Origin: Cirrosporium novae-zelandiae | Lineage: Eukaryota | Assembly (NCBI GenBank): GCA_026023565.1 | Contig: JAPETS010000003.1 | Location: 930,001-994,000 of the forward strand | DNA: 64,000 bases | Direction of reading: 5' to 3' | Shown here: one piece after another, positions 26,688-38,951 of the stretch | How the letters are laid out: every line of letters starts with the position of its first letter | Numbering within the stretch: the stretch's first letter is position 1 | Position numbers and translations under genes: made by a program | Notes under the pieces: generated by a model | Told to the model about the DNA's origin: nothing | Seen by the model: only the letters and a program-made list of their open reading frames with translations | Database searches by the model: none

Positions 26688-28077
26688 TTAGGTCTTCCTC
26701 TTCTTAGCCGGAGGAGGCTTGGCTCCGTCCTCCTTGCCTTTGACAATAGATGTCAAATTCGGAACTTCGTCGTCGTCGCTGTCCGACCCCTCTTCAAAAT
26801 CGATAGAGGAAAGGTCGTCTTGCTCTTGAGCTTGTGCTAGGATTTGGTCAGGAAAAATGGGATTATGCGAGGTGAATAGGGGGAGCTTACTGAAATATCG
26901 TAGAGCATTGGGATAAAGATCATCGCTGATAGAGATGCACAATTCCTCCCCATTGGGAAAAATCTCACGCTTTTCATATTCCTCGGCTTCTTCAATGTCC
27001 TCCCCATCATCCTCATCCTCGTCCATCTTTTCAGCTTCATCTTGAAATTTCTCTCCAGCTTTCACTTTGGCTCTCCGCTCTTGCTCCTTCTTCGTCGCTG
27101 CTGCGGATTCCGCCGAACTGATACTAGGTCCGCGGTATCCAAACCAAGAGAAAAGACTCAAGCTCCCAGTAGTCGAATCCTCGTTCTTTGTGGTCAATTT
27201 GATATATTCTGGCAATTTCGGAATTACGTCCTTCTGCGCCTTTTCAACGGCTTCAGGCTTCAGCCCCTTCAAGGCCTTCTTTTCGGCCTCGAAGAAATCA
27301 CATGCCGCGTCAAGTAGGCCTTCTGTCAAGTCCTTGCCTTTCTTCCAGTGGATTCTGACAGGCTCAGATACCAAGCCAGTCCAGCCATCTTTCGACCGCC
27401 TAAAATCAAATTTCTTCTCCAGGCTCTTATTTGTAAACCACTCATTGTTGCTAAACTCGAACTTGACGATAACACTACGGGGGTCGCCCTTTTCGGCTTG
27501 TTCCTTCGGTAATTCGGGAGATATCTCAAAGCGCGTGACGACAATATTAGTGAGAGAGGTGCCTAGAACCTGGGAGTCGGTGGGCTGGACGTATTGATCG
27601 ATGTCGAGAGGGGCTTGCTCAAAGACGAGGGGCCAGAAATTGGGAATTTGAGAGATCAATGATTGACGTTTGGAGTAGAGGGGGAGTGTCAGGTTGTTTT
27701 GGATACGTTCTGTGGGGATTGAGTGGTTGGTGGTCAGCTTTTTGGATTGTGCGCTTAGTGAAACTGGGGACTGCAGCTCAGTGGCCGAGCCTCAACCGAA
27801 TCTACCTAAAGGCCTCCTCAATGTCTTTAGCACTCTGGGATAGCCTCAATTCTTAATAGAAAACTATATTTTCCCACAGTACACTAAAAGGATCTCAGGA
27901 CGGGATTGAGGTTGGTTCAAGCCTTGGTTTGGCTGTATCACGCTGGCGTAGCTCTAAGCAAGTGGACTCACGCATTTCGGTTTCAACATCGTCGAAATCT
28001 TTTTCAAGCTCGGCCAAGTCTTCATACATGATAAGACTCTTCTCATCCCCATCGGGGGAAGCAGTTGCTCCCGGCAT
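26688..28077 (-). CDS. Nucleosome assembly protein (NAP) family histone chaperone, Vps75/SET-like; 3 exons
   Basis: YEDLAELEKDFDDVE, PLYSKR..ISQIPNFW, FEFSNNEWFTNKSLEKKF, IHWKKGKDLT, SLFSWF and DDLYPNALRYF, followed by an acidic tail and the NLS PPAKKRK. Confidence 0.9.
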
Positions 28078-28556
28078 TTTGCAATTAATAGTGTTGGGAA
28101 AATATAGGGTGGAATATGATGTGAGAAGAAGCTTGGAGTTTTTTTTTTTTTCGAGTGGGACTTTGATTTCATGCCAAGAACCAGGGAAGCTCTAGCTTTA
28201 GTATCGTCTGATTGGATGAAAACGCGAGCAACGGATAAATAGAAATGGCGCTTCTCTTATCGATTGGCATTCTTACTCTAACGTCAACCTTCCACCTGAA
28301 GGCTGATAGTTGATTGACTCCTTGTGAGTCCTTCACATTTTTTAGTCAATAGGACTTGAGAACTTTGGAGTCCAGACTCATATATTATATATATTTAAAG
28401 ATCCTAATAATTGCTAAGAGAATACTCTTCATGAACAAATCGATTCTTTCATCCATATTCGCTGTGACTATTGAGTCACGCTTAATTATATAGGCAACAC
28501 CCAACCAATTCTACTTTGCTTTTAGAGCCCACGAATACCTAAGGCTTTTATTCGAA

Positions 28557-29594
28557 ATGGGCGGGTCTGCATTCAGCGATTTGAATATCCCAAGAATTCC
28601 TTCAGAACTCTACTTTCAACTGAAGAATCGATACCTACAGGTGGTTAGGGAATTTTATAAGGATGCTGATTCACCAATTGAGGCTCCAGAAAAACAAGAC
28701 CATGGAGATATTGACCTCATCGTTGCCAAACCAAACTGTCAAATCCCAATCTTGAAGATCGCACAGTTGCTAGATGCCTCCCGAATTATGGGCCAAGGCC
28801 AACCTACCAAAAACCTCGCCATTCCATGTCCTGAGCTAGGGATAAATAAGCACGTACAACTTGACATCCATGAATGCAAGCCTGGAGCATTTACTTGGGA
28901 AGTTTTCCACCTCTCACATGGTGACTTGTGGAGTATCTTGGGACCATCCATCCGTGCATATGGCTTCGTTGTCACCGACACAGGGTTGCATGTATGCATC
29001 AATGAAATTGAACCACATAACAAGAAGCTTAGTCGGGTCTTTTTAACTAATGACCCGGAGGCAGTTCTAGAATTCCTAGGTCTAGATATGGAGCAATATC
29101 GGGATTTATGGGATGGGCAAAAACCATTTCCTACTATAGACGCCATGTTCAAGTTCGCTGTCGAAAACCGTTTCTTCAGGAGTAACCATTTCATTAGGGA
29201 GAATCTGAGACCTCATGATAGAAAGAGATTGAAACAAAGGGAAATCTACCGGCGGTTTATTGAGGAATGGTTACCTAACCATTACATGACGGGTGACGAA
29301 AAATGGCCGCCTACACAGACAATAGAGTCACATTCCAGCAGTGGACAGGAAAAGCACGACGTCGAAATTCCAAAAATTGCTCCAACAACTATTCTGCCAA
29401 GCACTTCGGATTTTCAAACAAGACAAGGTATCATCGATGAAGCACTGGAGCGCTTCGGAAAGAGGAACGAATATGATATGAAACTTACAGATTGGAGACG
29501 GGCCTTGCAGGAGTTAGAAGAGAAAAGGAAGCTCAAAGCTATTAGGAGGGCAGACGCAGAGGCTCGACTGGGGGATAAGAAAAGGCAGGGTTAA
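28557..29594 (+). CDS. Uncharacterised Pol-beta-superfamily nucleotidyltransferase-like protein (intronless)
   Basis: N-terminal MGGSAF, PEKQDHGDIDLIV (DxD) and HVQLDIHEC (third Asp), in a 345-aa single ORF. Confidence 0.72.
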   Translation: MGGSAFSDLNIPRIPSELYFQLKNRYLQVVREFYKDADSPIEAPEKQDHGDIDLIVAKPNCQIPILKIAQLLDASRIMGQGQPTKNLAIPCPELGINKHVQLDIHECKPGAFTWEVFHLSHGDLWSILGPSIRAYGFVVTDTGLHVCINEIEPHNKKLSRVFLTNDPEAVLEFLGLDMEQYRDLWDGQKPFPTIDAMFKFAVENRFFRSNHFIRENLRPHDRKRLKQREIYRRFIEEWLPNHYMTGDEKWPPTQTIESHSSSGQEKHDVEIPKIAPTTILPSTSDFQTRQGIIDEALERFGKRNEYDMKLTDWRRALQELEEKRKLKAIRRADAEARLGDKKRQG

Positions 29595-31060
29595 TTGAGG
29601 CTCTACCATTGTTTTTGGAAATTCCTTGCCCATAGAGGTAAAGATGCTCGAAGGGCTGGTGGCTTGGCAGGTGGTTTGGTGCCTTGCTTGATGTCCTATG
29701 CCTGAGGCATCCAATTATTTGGTTTAGCTTATTCTCAAATGAGGAGGGTGAAGAAGAAAAATGAAACGACATGGCGCATATAATATGATAAAATTCTTAT
29801 TCATTCAGGTTACAACGTGAGGAATAGCCAATAATGAAACATTATTTCATGGTTCGGGTAATGGAGGACCAACCGACGTAGTTACTATTCTAATACTGAG
29901 GAAAGACTGTGAAACCAGAGTCCAAGTACAGGGTGAAAATTTAAAAGCCATGGGCGGGGAATTTTTGAATAAAGAGGTGGCCGGATACTTTGAGTACCAC
30001 AAACACGACACGGTAGGACAACGTTATGAGATGAGTGAGGTGTTGGAGAGGTCGCGATGAAGCAGAAAGTCGGAAAGTCGGACAGTCGGGCTTGGGATTC
30101 CCCTGCAGACCGGGGGGGATGGGGGGTGAAAATTATCTATCGAGCCGCTCGGGAAGCTGCTCTCCAATGAATTGATTAACTAAAGCATTGGCAAACCAGG
30201 ACTCAGCCTCGAAAATAGGCTTACATTGCCAAGATATTGGAAATGGAAAGTTGGAAGTTGGAAGTTGGAAGTTGCATGTAAGAAATGATAGGATTCTTTT
30301 GAAAGTAGGTGAGATGAGGGATGAGAGATGAGGGATGAGAGATGAGAGGTGAGGAGACAAGTGGTCCCTCCGGCCCCTTTTACAGCGGAGATACCAACGC
30401 TTCCGGTTCCCCAATCCTCCCCCCCCCGTGTACCCTCCCCCCGTAAATCCTTCCCTCCCCGCCAAAAGAGAATCAACCGATAGGTACCTAAAGGCAAGTA
30501 AGATTTCAAAAGAGTTAAAAAAAGAAATGTCACCAAAAAATCACCATCTATACACGCTTCAACGCGCCTGAGTGCAATTTCTGGTGCCATCATCATTTCT
30601 TTTTAATTGATTCTTGTTTCTTGCAGTTCAGCTGCAGTAGCCTGGTTTATCTTTTCCCTCCCAGCCAGCTATCCTTTAAATTGTATTCGTCAATCCCCCC
30701 CCATCCCAATCCTCCTCCTTGCTTCTTATTTGCCTAACCACTACTGCACCCGTCCGTGATCTCGTAGGCTTGCCCGTCTCTAGAGTAAAGAGCTTGCATA
30801 TACTCTCGCCCGTCCCCCCCTCTTTTCTCTCCGATCTTTAGGTTTCTCGACAAGTATCCTCCTTTGCCTTCAATTCTTCAACTTTATCATTCAATTTGAT
30901 GTTGTCAAATTGAAGGCATTGTTGTTCGTATTAGACTCAGTGTTGATTATTGAACATCGTTTACGTTCTTGTTGATCCTCGACATCCACACCTGCCAACT
31001 CACATTCCTCTTCTCGTCCCACCTTAGATTCGTCAACTCTCAACTCGCGAAACCTCAACA

Positions 31061-32411
31061 ATGGCATCGTTAATTCAAATGTCATCTGCTTCAAGAAAGC
31101 CTTTCTCATCCTTGAATGTTTCCAGAGTTAGAGATCTTTCGAGCCTAAAGAATCGCCAGAATTGTATGTTGTTCCTCTCAATGCCATCGATGCCCTACTC
31201 AACGCGACGCTGCATTTTCGTGTGACTAATAAAATGTAGCATCATCCACCAACTCCTCTCCTTCCAAGCGACGATATGATCAAGCTAGTGACTTGTCCGA
31301 CAATGATAACGAAAATATTGATCCAGAATTCTTCAAATCTCCAGCCAAACGTGGAAAGAACGATGCAGGACATCCTATCAAACCACTCCGGTCTTCGCAA
31401 TTTGTTATGACCAATACTCCTTCAAACCTCAGCAAATCTTATTCCAACTCCCCTGTCCAAGCCCTTACTCCCAAACTTGACACTCAGGATGGTGTCAACC
31501 GTAGAAAGTCGATGGAGCTATCTGCTCCTGCTCCTGCAGGTAGATCACCTAAGAATAAACGTATGGGCCATCTCTCCCGTCGTAAAGCCGGTTCTCCGTT
31601 CACGCGAATTGATCCTCCCTCCTACCGTGGCTTGAGGAGATCACAAAACTCTGCGCCATTCTCAATTGATGCTGCTCTCAGTGGCACCATCTCATCATAT
31701 GAACCCAAGCCAACCAGGGTTGTAAAGGTTCCTATCCTTGAGGAATCGGTACCCAAGGGGTGGGTGTTTGATATTCATGAAGACACGCCAGATGAGGAGA
31801 TGGCGAACATCATGGAGCATTCCACCTATACTCTTGACATCAGTGATGATGAGGGTCGTAATAAGAATAAGAATGACCGAGGAAAGGAAAATGTTCCACC
31901 TATGGATGAACTTGCTTCAAGTATTGGTGCTCGATCTGTTCCAGCAGGATCATTGCCCTCGATAAAGATTGCTGCTGTATCCCGCAAGGATATGATGACC
32001 GACGAAACTCGAACTCCACTTGGTGATCTCAATGCTGCAGATTACTATGCGGAAGGTTGTGATGCCTCATCATATGTGATTGTGTCTCCTAGTAAGGCAG
32101 ACAATGAATCCGTCGAGGGACCACTACCACCTGCTGAGAACGAGGCGAAGAAACAGACCGTGGAGTTGACGGAAACTGTAGCAGAGCCTACCGCTTCAGC
32201 TATGAGTGTTGCCAATATCCTTGCTAATGTTAATACGGGAAAGGAAGATGCTAAGCCTGAATGCCCCACTTCAAAGGATTGTAGCAGTGAAAAGCCTATG
32301 GAAGAGATTGAAATTTGGGAGAGTGACAGTGCTACAGATGAACGAGTCGAAGAACAGCTTCTCAAAGAGAGCGGTTTATTTGTGCCGCAGGAGTCTTATA
32401 TTGCCATATAG
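31061..32411 (+). CDS. Disordered cell-cycle regulator with ABBA, KEN and D-box motifs (Acm1-like); exon 1 31061-31163, exon 2 ~31240-32411
   Basis: ATG at 31061 and a GTATGT..CTAAT..TAG intron join into the 372-aa ORF. Motifs FDIHED, GKENVPP and RTPLGDL, with many S/T-P-x-K sites. Confidence 0.8.
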
Positions 32412-33859
32412 GCATATATTTCTTAGTTCTCGTTTGGAGTTTCCTATGGTCGGCGGTCTGTATGAATTAACCATGGTGTTACTTGTTATGATACCTTATT
32501 GCTTATTCTTACTCCTCGCGTCGGGTATCACCCACCCGTTTCGGTTGTTGGATGGACCTAGCCTGTAGCGTTTAGTTACTCTCAGGCTCCCACTCCGTTT
32601 TGGTTCATGAGAGCGAAATGTGGTACTTGAAGATTTTCAAGTATTTCATGTCTGAATCTTTCAAGGATAAGATGTTTTTGGCTTTGATACTGGGATCGTT
32701 TATGGTTCTATGCTCTGGATGTCTGGAATGCGGTGGATCTGGGTTCTAATAAGACGGAGATGAATTATGGATTTGGTCAATGTCTTGGTACGGTCTCTAC
32801 TGGCTTGCTTGTAATGCGAATTGATGATACGGCATGGTTCCTGCAGAGTTTATGTGAAGAGATGTTGTTTCTCTTGAAATAAATGGTTTCTCCTAAAAAG
32901 CTATCTATTTCGAATGATTCCTCTTCTTTAAATAAGCACCCAACACTAATTCTTCCAGCTCAAGTGGTCCAACGGGGTCCAATGCTAGAGTGTATCTGAG
33001 ATTTTTGCTTTTGTTGAGTAATGCGTATCATTTGCAAGATGTGTGCCAGTAACACTCGTTCGGCCAGTATTTTTGGTATTTTTCTATATGGGGTTCAAAA
33101 TGGTAGAAATCTTCACATGTCCCTTATCAGTGATCTGAGTGGGCGGTAAAAGTCTTGGCATAGCGGGATTCCCGTTGATTTTGGGCTTTAATTCAACCCT
33201 TTTAAGCTGAACAACTACAGAGACCATCTTCATCAAACAAATCAACTTCCAAAATCCCCTAATCTCCGTCTAGAGTTCCACTAGCATTGAGACACATGCA
33301 GCATATCAGAATGTCGCCTGTTCTAATCACCCCCCGCCTTCCATCTGACCTTTAATAGCCAGTTTCCTATCAGTACTATTCAAGGTAGTTCACTACTTGG
33401 AAAGCTTAATAGACTGATACAGGAACTCCTTTCTCTATTTGCCTTTGCACATCAAACATGGATTCCCATGACTGATATTCTCGGCTTTCCTGGTGTAACA
33501 TTCAGTGGATGTTTTCCCTTGGAGTTCCATTCATGCTAAAATGGGTATCAGGTGTAGAGACAATTTGCCACAGCTACCTCCACTTTTTTCACGTATCAAA
33601 TCACCATCAAGAACCAACTTCTTGAAATATTTTACTATGCAGGAACGAGATTTATCTCCATATTAAGGATCCTTGACGACCTACCAGATTAAGTTCTAGG
33701 CCGATCATCCACTTTATTTGCATGGGCGTCCATGTTAATGGGTGGCTCTAATGTTACCTCTTTACTATACCAGAGGCTATATAATTGTCGCTGATTTCTT
33801 CCTTTCGTGTTTAACCATTAATAATCCGTCCTCCAGTCTCTTAGTCTTCTAGAGCCACA

Positions 33860-35007
33860 ATGAGGTTCTCATCTCCCAGCCTTCCAGCTCTGCTCTTTGC
33901 AGCATCCACCCAAGTGCACCTCAGCAATGCGTGGGGTAGCATGGCTCACAAGGCCGTAGCATTTGTCGCCCAGAACTTTGTTACCAGTGAAACAGAGTCA
34001 TGGGCTCAAGACATCCTCGGGTCTACAGCTACTGATTATCTTGCGAGTGTTGCAAGCTGGGCTGATACGTGGAAATATACCTCAGCAGGAACATGGTCAA
34101 AAGCGGCTCACTACATCGACGCAAATGATGACCCACTCAATGATGTTTGCAATGTCAATTACCCAAGAGATTGTGGAGATTTATGTATTATCAATGCCAT
34201 CGCCAATTACGTGAGTATCTTTGTGAGGTATTTCCTTGCAATTGGCCTTACTGCTAACGGTGCAATAGACAGCCCGTGTACAGGAGAGTAGTCTCTCTGA
34301 CACTGAGGTAGCAAATTCTTTGAAATTTATTATACATGTATGTTTCTTGATCACTGTGCTGCTTTTCTCCTTTTTCACCCGTCTTGGGTTTGAACCCGAT
34401 TTATTGGAAACATTCAAGATCGGCTAGAAGGAGGATGCTATGCCGACTAATTAAGAACATTTCTTAGCTTAGTGTCGACATATGGTTTATTTTTTCCTCT
34501 TGCATTGAAATTCTTGTCATCTCAGGCTAACTATTTCTAAAGTATATCGGTGATCTCCACCAACCTCTCCACGTTGAAAACTACGAAACTGGCGGCAACG
34601 GCATAGATGTGACCTTTGACGGCGACTCCACAAATCTTCACTCGGTCTGGGACAGTGACATCGCGGAAAAGATCGCCGGTGGCTCCTCTGAAACCATCTC
34701 CAAGACCTGGGCCGCCACCCTCACCACCGCCATCAAGAGCGGGACTTATAGTTCTTCCAAATCCAGCTGGTTAGATGATGCCGATATCAACGACGCTAAC
34801 GCGACGGCTATGGCTTGGGCCGAGGATTCGAATTCTTACGATTGCACGTATGTGTTTGCGGATGGACTAGACTATATCGAGAGTGAGGATTTGTCTGGGG
34901 ATTATTATAATGAGGTTGATGATGCGGTGAAGGAGCTGGTGGCCAAGGCTGGGTATCGGTTGGCTGCTTGGTTGAACTTGATTGCGACAGGTGAGACTGG
35001 TCTGTAA
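33860..35007 (+). CDS. Secreted S1/P1 nuclease; exons 33860-34210, 34269-34337, 34543-35007
   Basis: Signal peptide, then the Zn-ligand motifs WGSMAH, WAD, HYID, LKFIIHYIGDLHQPLH, GGN, NLHSVWD and KAGYRLAAWLN. Confidence 0.96.
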
Positions 35008-35963
35008 AGCCTCCAAAAGCATTCCCGGAGAGGGCATGTGAGAATTTCCAATTGGTGAGAGCCTTGAAGTAGTTTTATCTACCTAGGTACTTGGCTACGT
35101 CTTTCTGAGACTGGAACAACTGTATTGTACATGAGTAGGTTCATTTCGCAGACTATTTGCAAATGGAATGAGAAACCACAGTTGAAATTCTGTCCCGATG
35201 GAGCACAGAATTGTTCTGCAAGTTATGTATTTATGTTTATGAGCATTTAACTAAAAATGACTAGTGGCCTCGAAATTATCCCGACCAGCTACTTGAAATA
35301 TCTAATTGCCCTCCAATTCACATCCATCAAAAACAATATATAGAACCCAAGGACTCTTTAACCGATTAAAAGGAATCCAAAAAAAAACCTCCTACTTACG
35401 CCTCCATTTCAGGAAGCATGGGTAGAAATACCTCAATCCCCTTACAAGTCCGAAGATTTCTCTCGTCCTTCCATCTTTCATTCGAATAGATGAATCTTTT
35501 TTTTTATTTCATTGTCTTCTCCCCTTGCATCCTCCCAAGGGTTTTTATCCCAAAATTGCAATGTACGAATTTTTCATACCCCGCACACGCGCCTATCGCT
35601 GGAATGCGAAAAGGTTGGTTTTACGTGCGAGCCAATATAATTCGATCCCTTGGAGCCTTGGCGGTTCAGTTTTCACTGCAATAAATTCTTGAATCACGCG
35701 TTGCCATTACTGTTGGTGGTGTTTTCGAGTATCTATTACGATCCCGATCGCGTGCTGCTAATCTACATACCACCACTCCTACATATAACGAATATATATA
35801 CCATGCCATGCTTACATTTGTCCGACTATGGAACGGAATTCCATTTATTATCTCTCTCTCATTATTCCAATCCGATCGACTTCCCTACAACTCCCCTTGC
35901 AAATTTCTTCTGAACCATCCATCGATATCTCTGTATTCAAAAAAAAAAACTTAAATCAAAAAA

Positions 35964-36850
35964 ATGCATCTCCCCCGCATCCTCCTTTCCTTCAGCACTC
36001 TCGCCCTCCTACCCTTCACATCTGCAAACAGCAATACCATTAGTATCGTTCGAGATCTAAAAGGCTTAATTTCGAGTCAGGAGTTGGTAACGCAGGATGC
36101 CAATACGATTAAGAATACACCAAGCAGTGGGAACGTGGTGAGTCTGGAGGCGGTTTTTTTTTTTTTGCGGTGTCGTTCAACTTGTTCGTTTGATCTCAAC
36201 TGGTTAGATATCATGGCATCATGCATAACCAATGGAAGAATCCAGAAGAACCAGAAGACGAGAAAGAAAGAAAAGATGGGAAGAAGGAAATACAATATGC
36301 AACACCTCCCTGTTCTCCCCTCTAAAAAGCCAAAACCCCACACCCCAACTAACGATTGAAAACCCCTCTAGCCCTCCATGACTGGCGTCACAGCCTTCAT
36401 CTGGGGCCAAATCTACACCGTCTGGTCCCACATGAACAGGGAAGGAATCTCCCCCGCAGAATGCAACCCCGTCCTCTACCACCTCCTATCCGTACGTTCC
36501 CCAATCCCCCCAACTAAATAAATAACTCACTCCACCATCACCCACACCAGGCCCTAGAAACCTCAACAACAATGTGCACCACCCTAACATCAATATCCTG
36601 CCACCCCTCCCTAACAAATCCACACACCTTCGACTACCGACCCTTCCTAGCCGAAAATCTTAGAAAAATCAAGGATTCGTATTCGAATTTGGAGTTTCGG
36701 TATGAGGTGCTTTGTGGACCGGATGGCACGGGCGAGTTGAAGGTGGCGGTTCAGGGACAGGATGAGGCGTTGGAGAGGGCGATGCGGAATTTTGAGAGGA
36801 GGTGTCCGAGGAAGGGGAAGGGGGGGAAGGTGGGGAGGAGGGGGTGTTAG
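35964..36850 (+). CDS. Small secreted Cys-containing protein (~200 aa); 3 exons
   Basis: Signal peptide MHLPRILLSFSTLALLPFTSA. Introns GTGAGT..CTAAC..TAG (~36138-36371) and GTACGT..CAG (~36492-36550) join the pieces in frame. Confidence 0.62.
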
Positions 36851-38050
36851 GGGAGGAGAGGAGAGGGGAGAAGGGGGTGGGGAGGTGTTGGTGAGGGGGG
36901 GATATGGGGATATGGGGATATGGGAGGGATGGAGATACCGTTTTCGTGTCAGTCATCAGTTGTCATCATCTATCATCTATTGGGTATCCAATATTTATTA
37001 TCCTTATTGTATCCTTGGGATACGAACCTATCTACAGTATCCACCTACCTACTCTTACTCTAGAATCCCCTCCAGAATCCTATCCCTATCTACCATCTAA
37101 CTCACGAGTCCCTCTGCCCATGCCCATGCCTTCCCTCAACTCAATCCAACCTCTTTCCATCCTCCTCCTCCTCCTCCTCCTCGACCACCACCCCCCAACA
37201 ATCCCCCCAAAACAAAAAAAAAAATTTAGTTAATAGATCTTAGATCTTATATTCATATAGAAGTGTCAAGTAGAAGTAGAAGTGGTTACAATCTATAATT
37301 CGTAGTCATATTTTTTTTTCACGTATTTTTGGAATTCGGATTGGATCGGACTGGATCAGGATTGGATAATTAATTCTGTTGCCTAAGGTTGATGGAAGAT
37401 CCAATTAGGATTGGTCGTCAAGGTCCCAAATTGAAGCTTGATTGGTTGGCGGGGATTTAATTCCTACTCCCACTTCCATTTCACCCCAACCTTACAGGTA
37501 CGAGTTCTCCGAACCAATCAACTTAGCCGGCCCAGTCAATCAACCAAGTTATGGAGTTGTGGATATAGTTGAGGTCGGGGGAGGGGGGGGGGTTATAAAT
37601 AGGGATGTGAATGGGAATGTAAATGAGAGTTTTAATTTTAGGTTTTGGATTTTGTGGAGGTGGGGTGGATGGGATTTGATATTTGATACTTGGGGGGAAG
37701 GGGGGTTTAAGCATGGGATTCTTGGTTCTGGTTCTGGCGAACTGCTGCAGGGAGACGTTAGAGAAGGCTCCAAGGCAACGAGATGGCACATTTTGTGCTT
37801 TCGCAAGTCCATCGTATAGTTAACGCATCGTGCAATCGTTTCTGAGATTTTGTAATTACCTAAGTATATAAGATATTGGAGTAGAGTGAAAAGATATAGA
37901 GATGTAAAGGCGTAAAGGAAAGAAACAAGTAGATAGATGGATAGATAGATAGTCAAACAAGCTAAACAAGAAATCAAACTGCCAACTTAACCAACCAACC
38001 AACCAATAAATCAGCAACCAATAAAGACACCACACAAGAACACTCCCAAG

Positions 38051-38060
38051 AGAAAGAAAG

Positions 38061-38090
<30 letters not shown>
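38051..38090 (+). repeat. (GAAA)n microsatellite
   Basis: Direct tandem agaaagaaag... array. Confidence 0.85.
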
Positions 38091-38091
<1 letters not shown>

Positions 38092-38951
38092 CGTAAATGC
38101 ATCGATCCCATCTAGACCCAGAAACAACCTTCCTGCCTGCCTGCTAGTTCCATTCCCATCCTAACCCTAGTAGAAAAAAATAGGAGATAAGAGATACGAG
38201 ATAGAAAAAAAAATCGACTAGATGAACGAATAAAGGAGAAGGGGGAGTGAGGGGTGGGATTGAACAAAATTGTGTCTAGTCAGTTGATGGATGGTATACT
38301 GGAATCGGGATTGGTGGATTCGAACCAAGAGTCGGAGACTTGGGACTCTGGGATGCCTTGTGAGTGTGAGGTAGGGAAAAAATGCCGATAGCCTTCCCCC
38401 ATATCCCCCCTAGCCCCTTTTTCATACCGGATGAGTGGGAAATCTTGCTTTGGTGAAGGGTGTGGGGGGGTTGTGGGATTGTGGGGGTTGGATTGAATTG
38501 AGTTGCGGATGTGAATGGATGGGTAGGTGGAGGGTTGGGGGTTCTGACTCCTGATTTCTGATTCCTAGAGTAAGGTGTTGAGAGGGGGTAGCCTAGGGAG
38601 GACTGGCTTCTGCTGGCTGGCTTTTCCTCTGGGGAAGTCGAGTTGTAGATTCTAAGCGTGGTAATCGGATAATAGGCTTGCGACTGAGAACTAGGTCCTA
38701 GGCTATGGAAATACTTCGGGGGTTGCTAAAATTGATAACTTTTTCATAATGGTTGTATAAAAAGAGTGTCATCTGGGGAGCTGAAGCTCGTCAAAAAAAT
38801 TGGCTAATCCCCTCAGCGGTGTGTAATGACCCTTATATGTATAGTATCTCATGGTCGAAAGGATGCAGCCTGTTCCGTGGATGCTGTGTCGCTTGTGCGT
38901 TTTAAACGATGAGATATGGTTTTAGAGAGAAGAAAGTGTCTTTTAGATCAT

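Noticed and set aside
37250..37980. Overlapping 88-142 aa ORFs on both strands
   Set aside because: They are driven by homopolymer and microsatellite sequence, and I could not build a coherent spliced protein. A non-coding transcript cannot be excluded.
38158..38170. CCTAACCCTAG resembling a telomerase template or telomeric repeat
   Set aside because: It is a single imperfect copy in low-complexity DNA, and I saw no supporting telomerase RNA structure.
38316..38326. GGTTCGAATCC on the minus strand (tRNA T-loop/B-box)
   Set aside because: The flanks do not form a T-stem, acceptor stem or D-arm, so this is not a tRNA.
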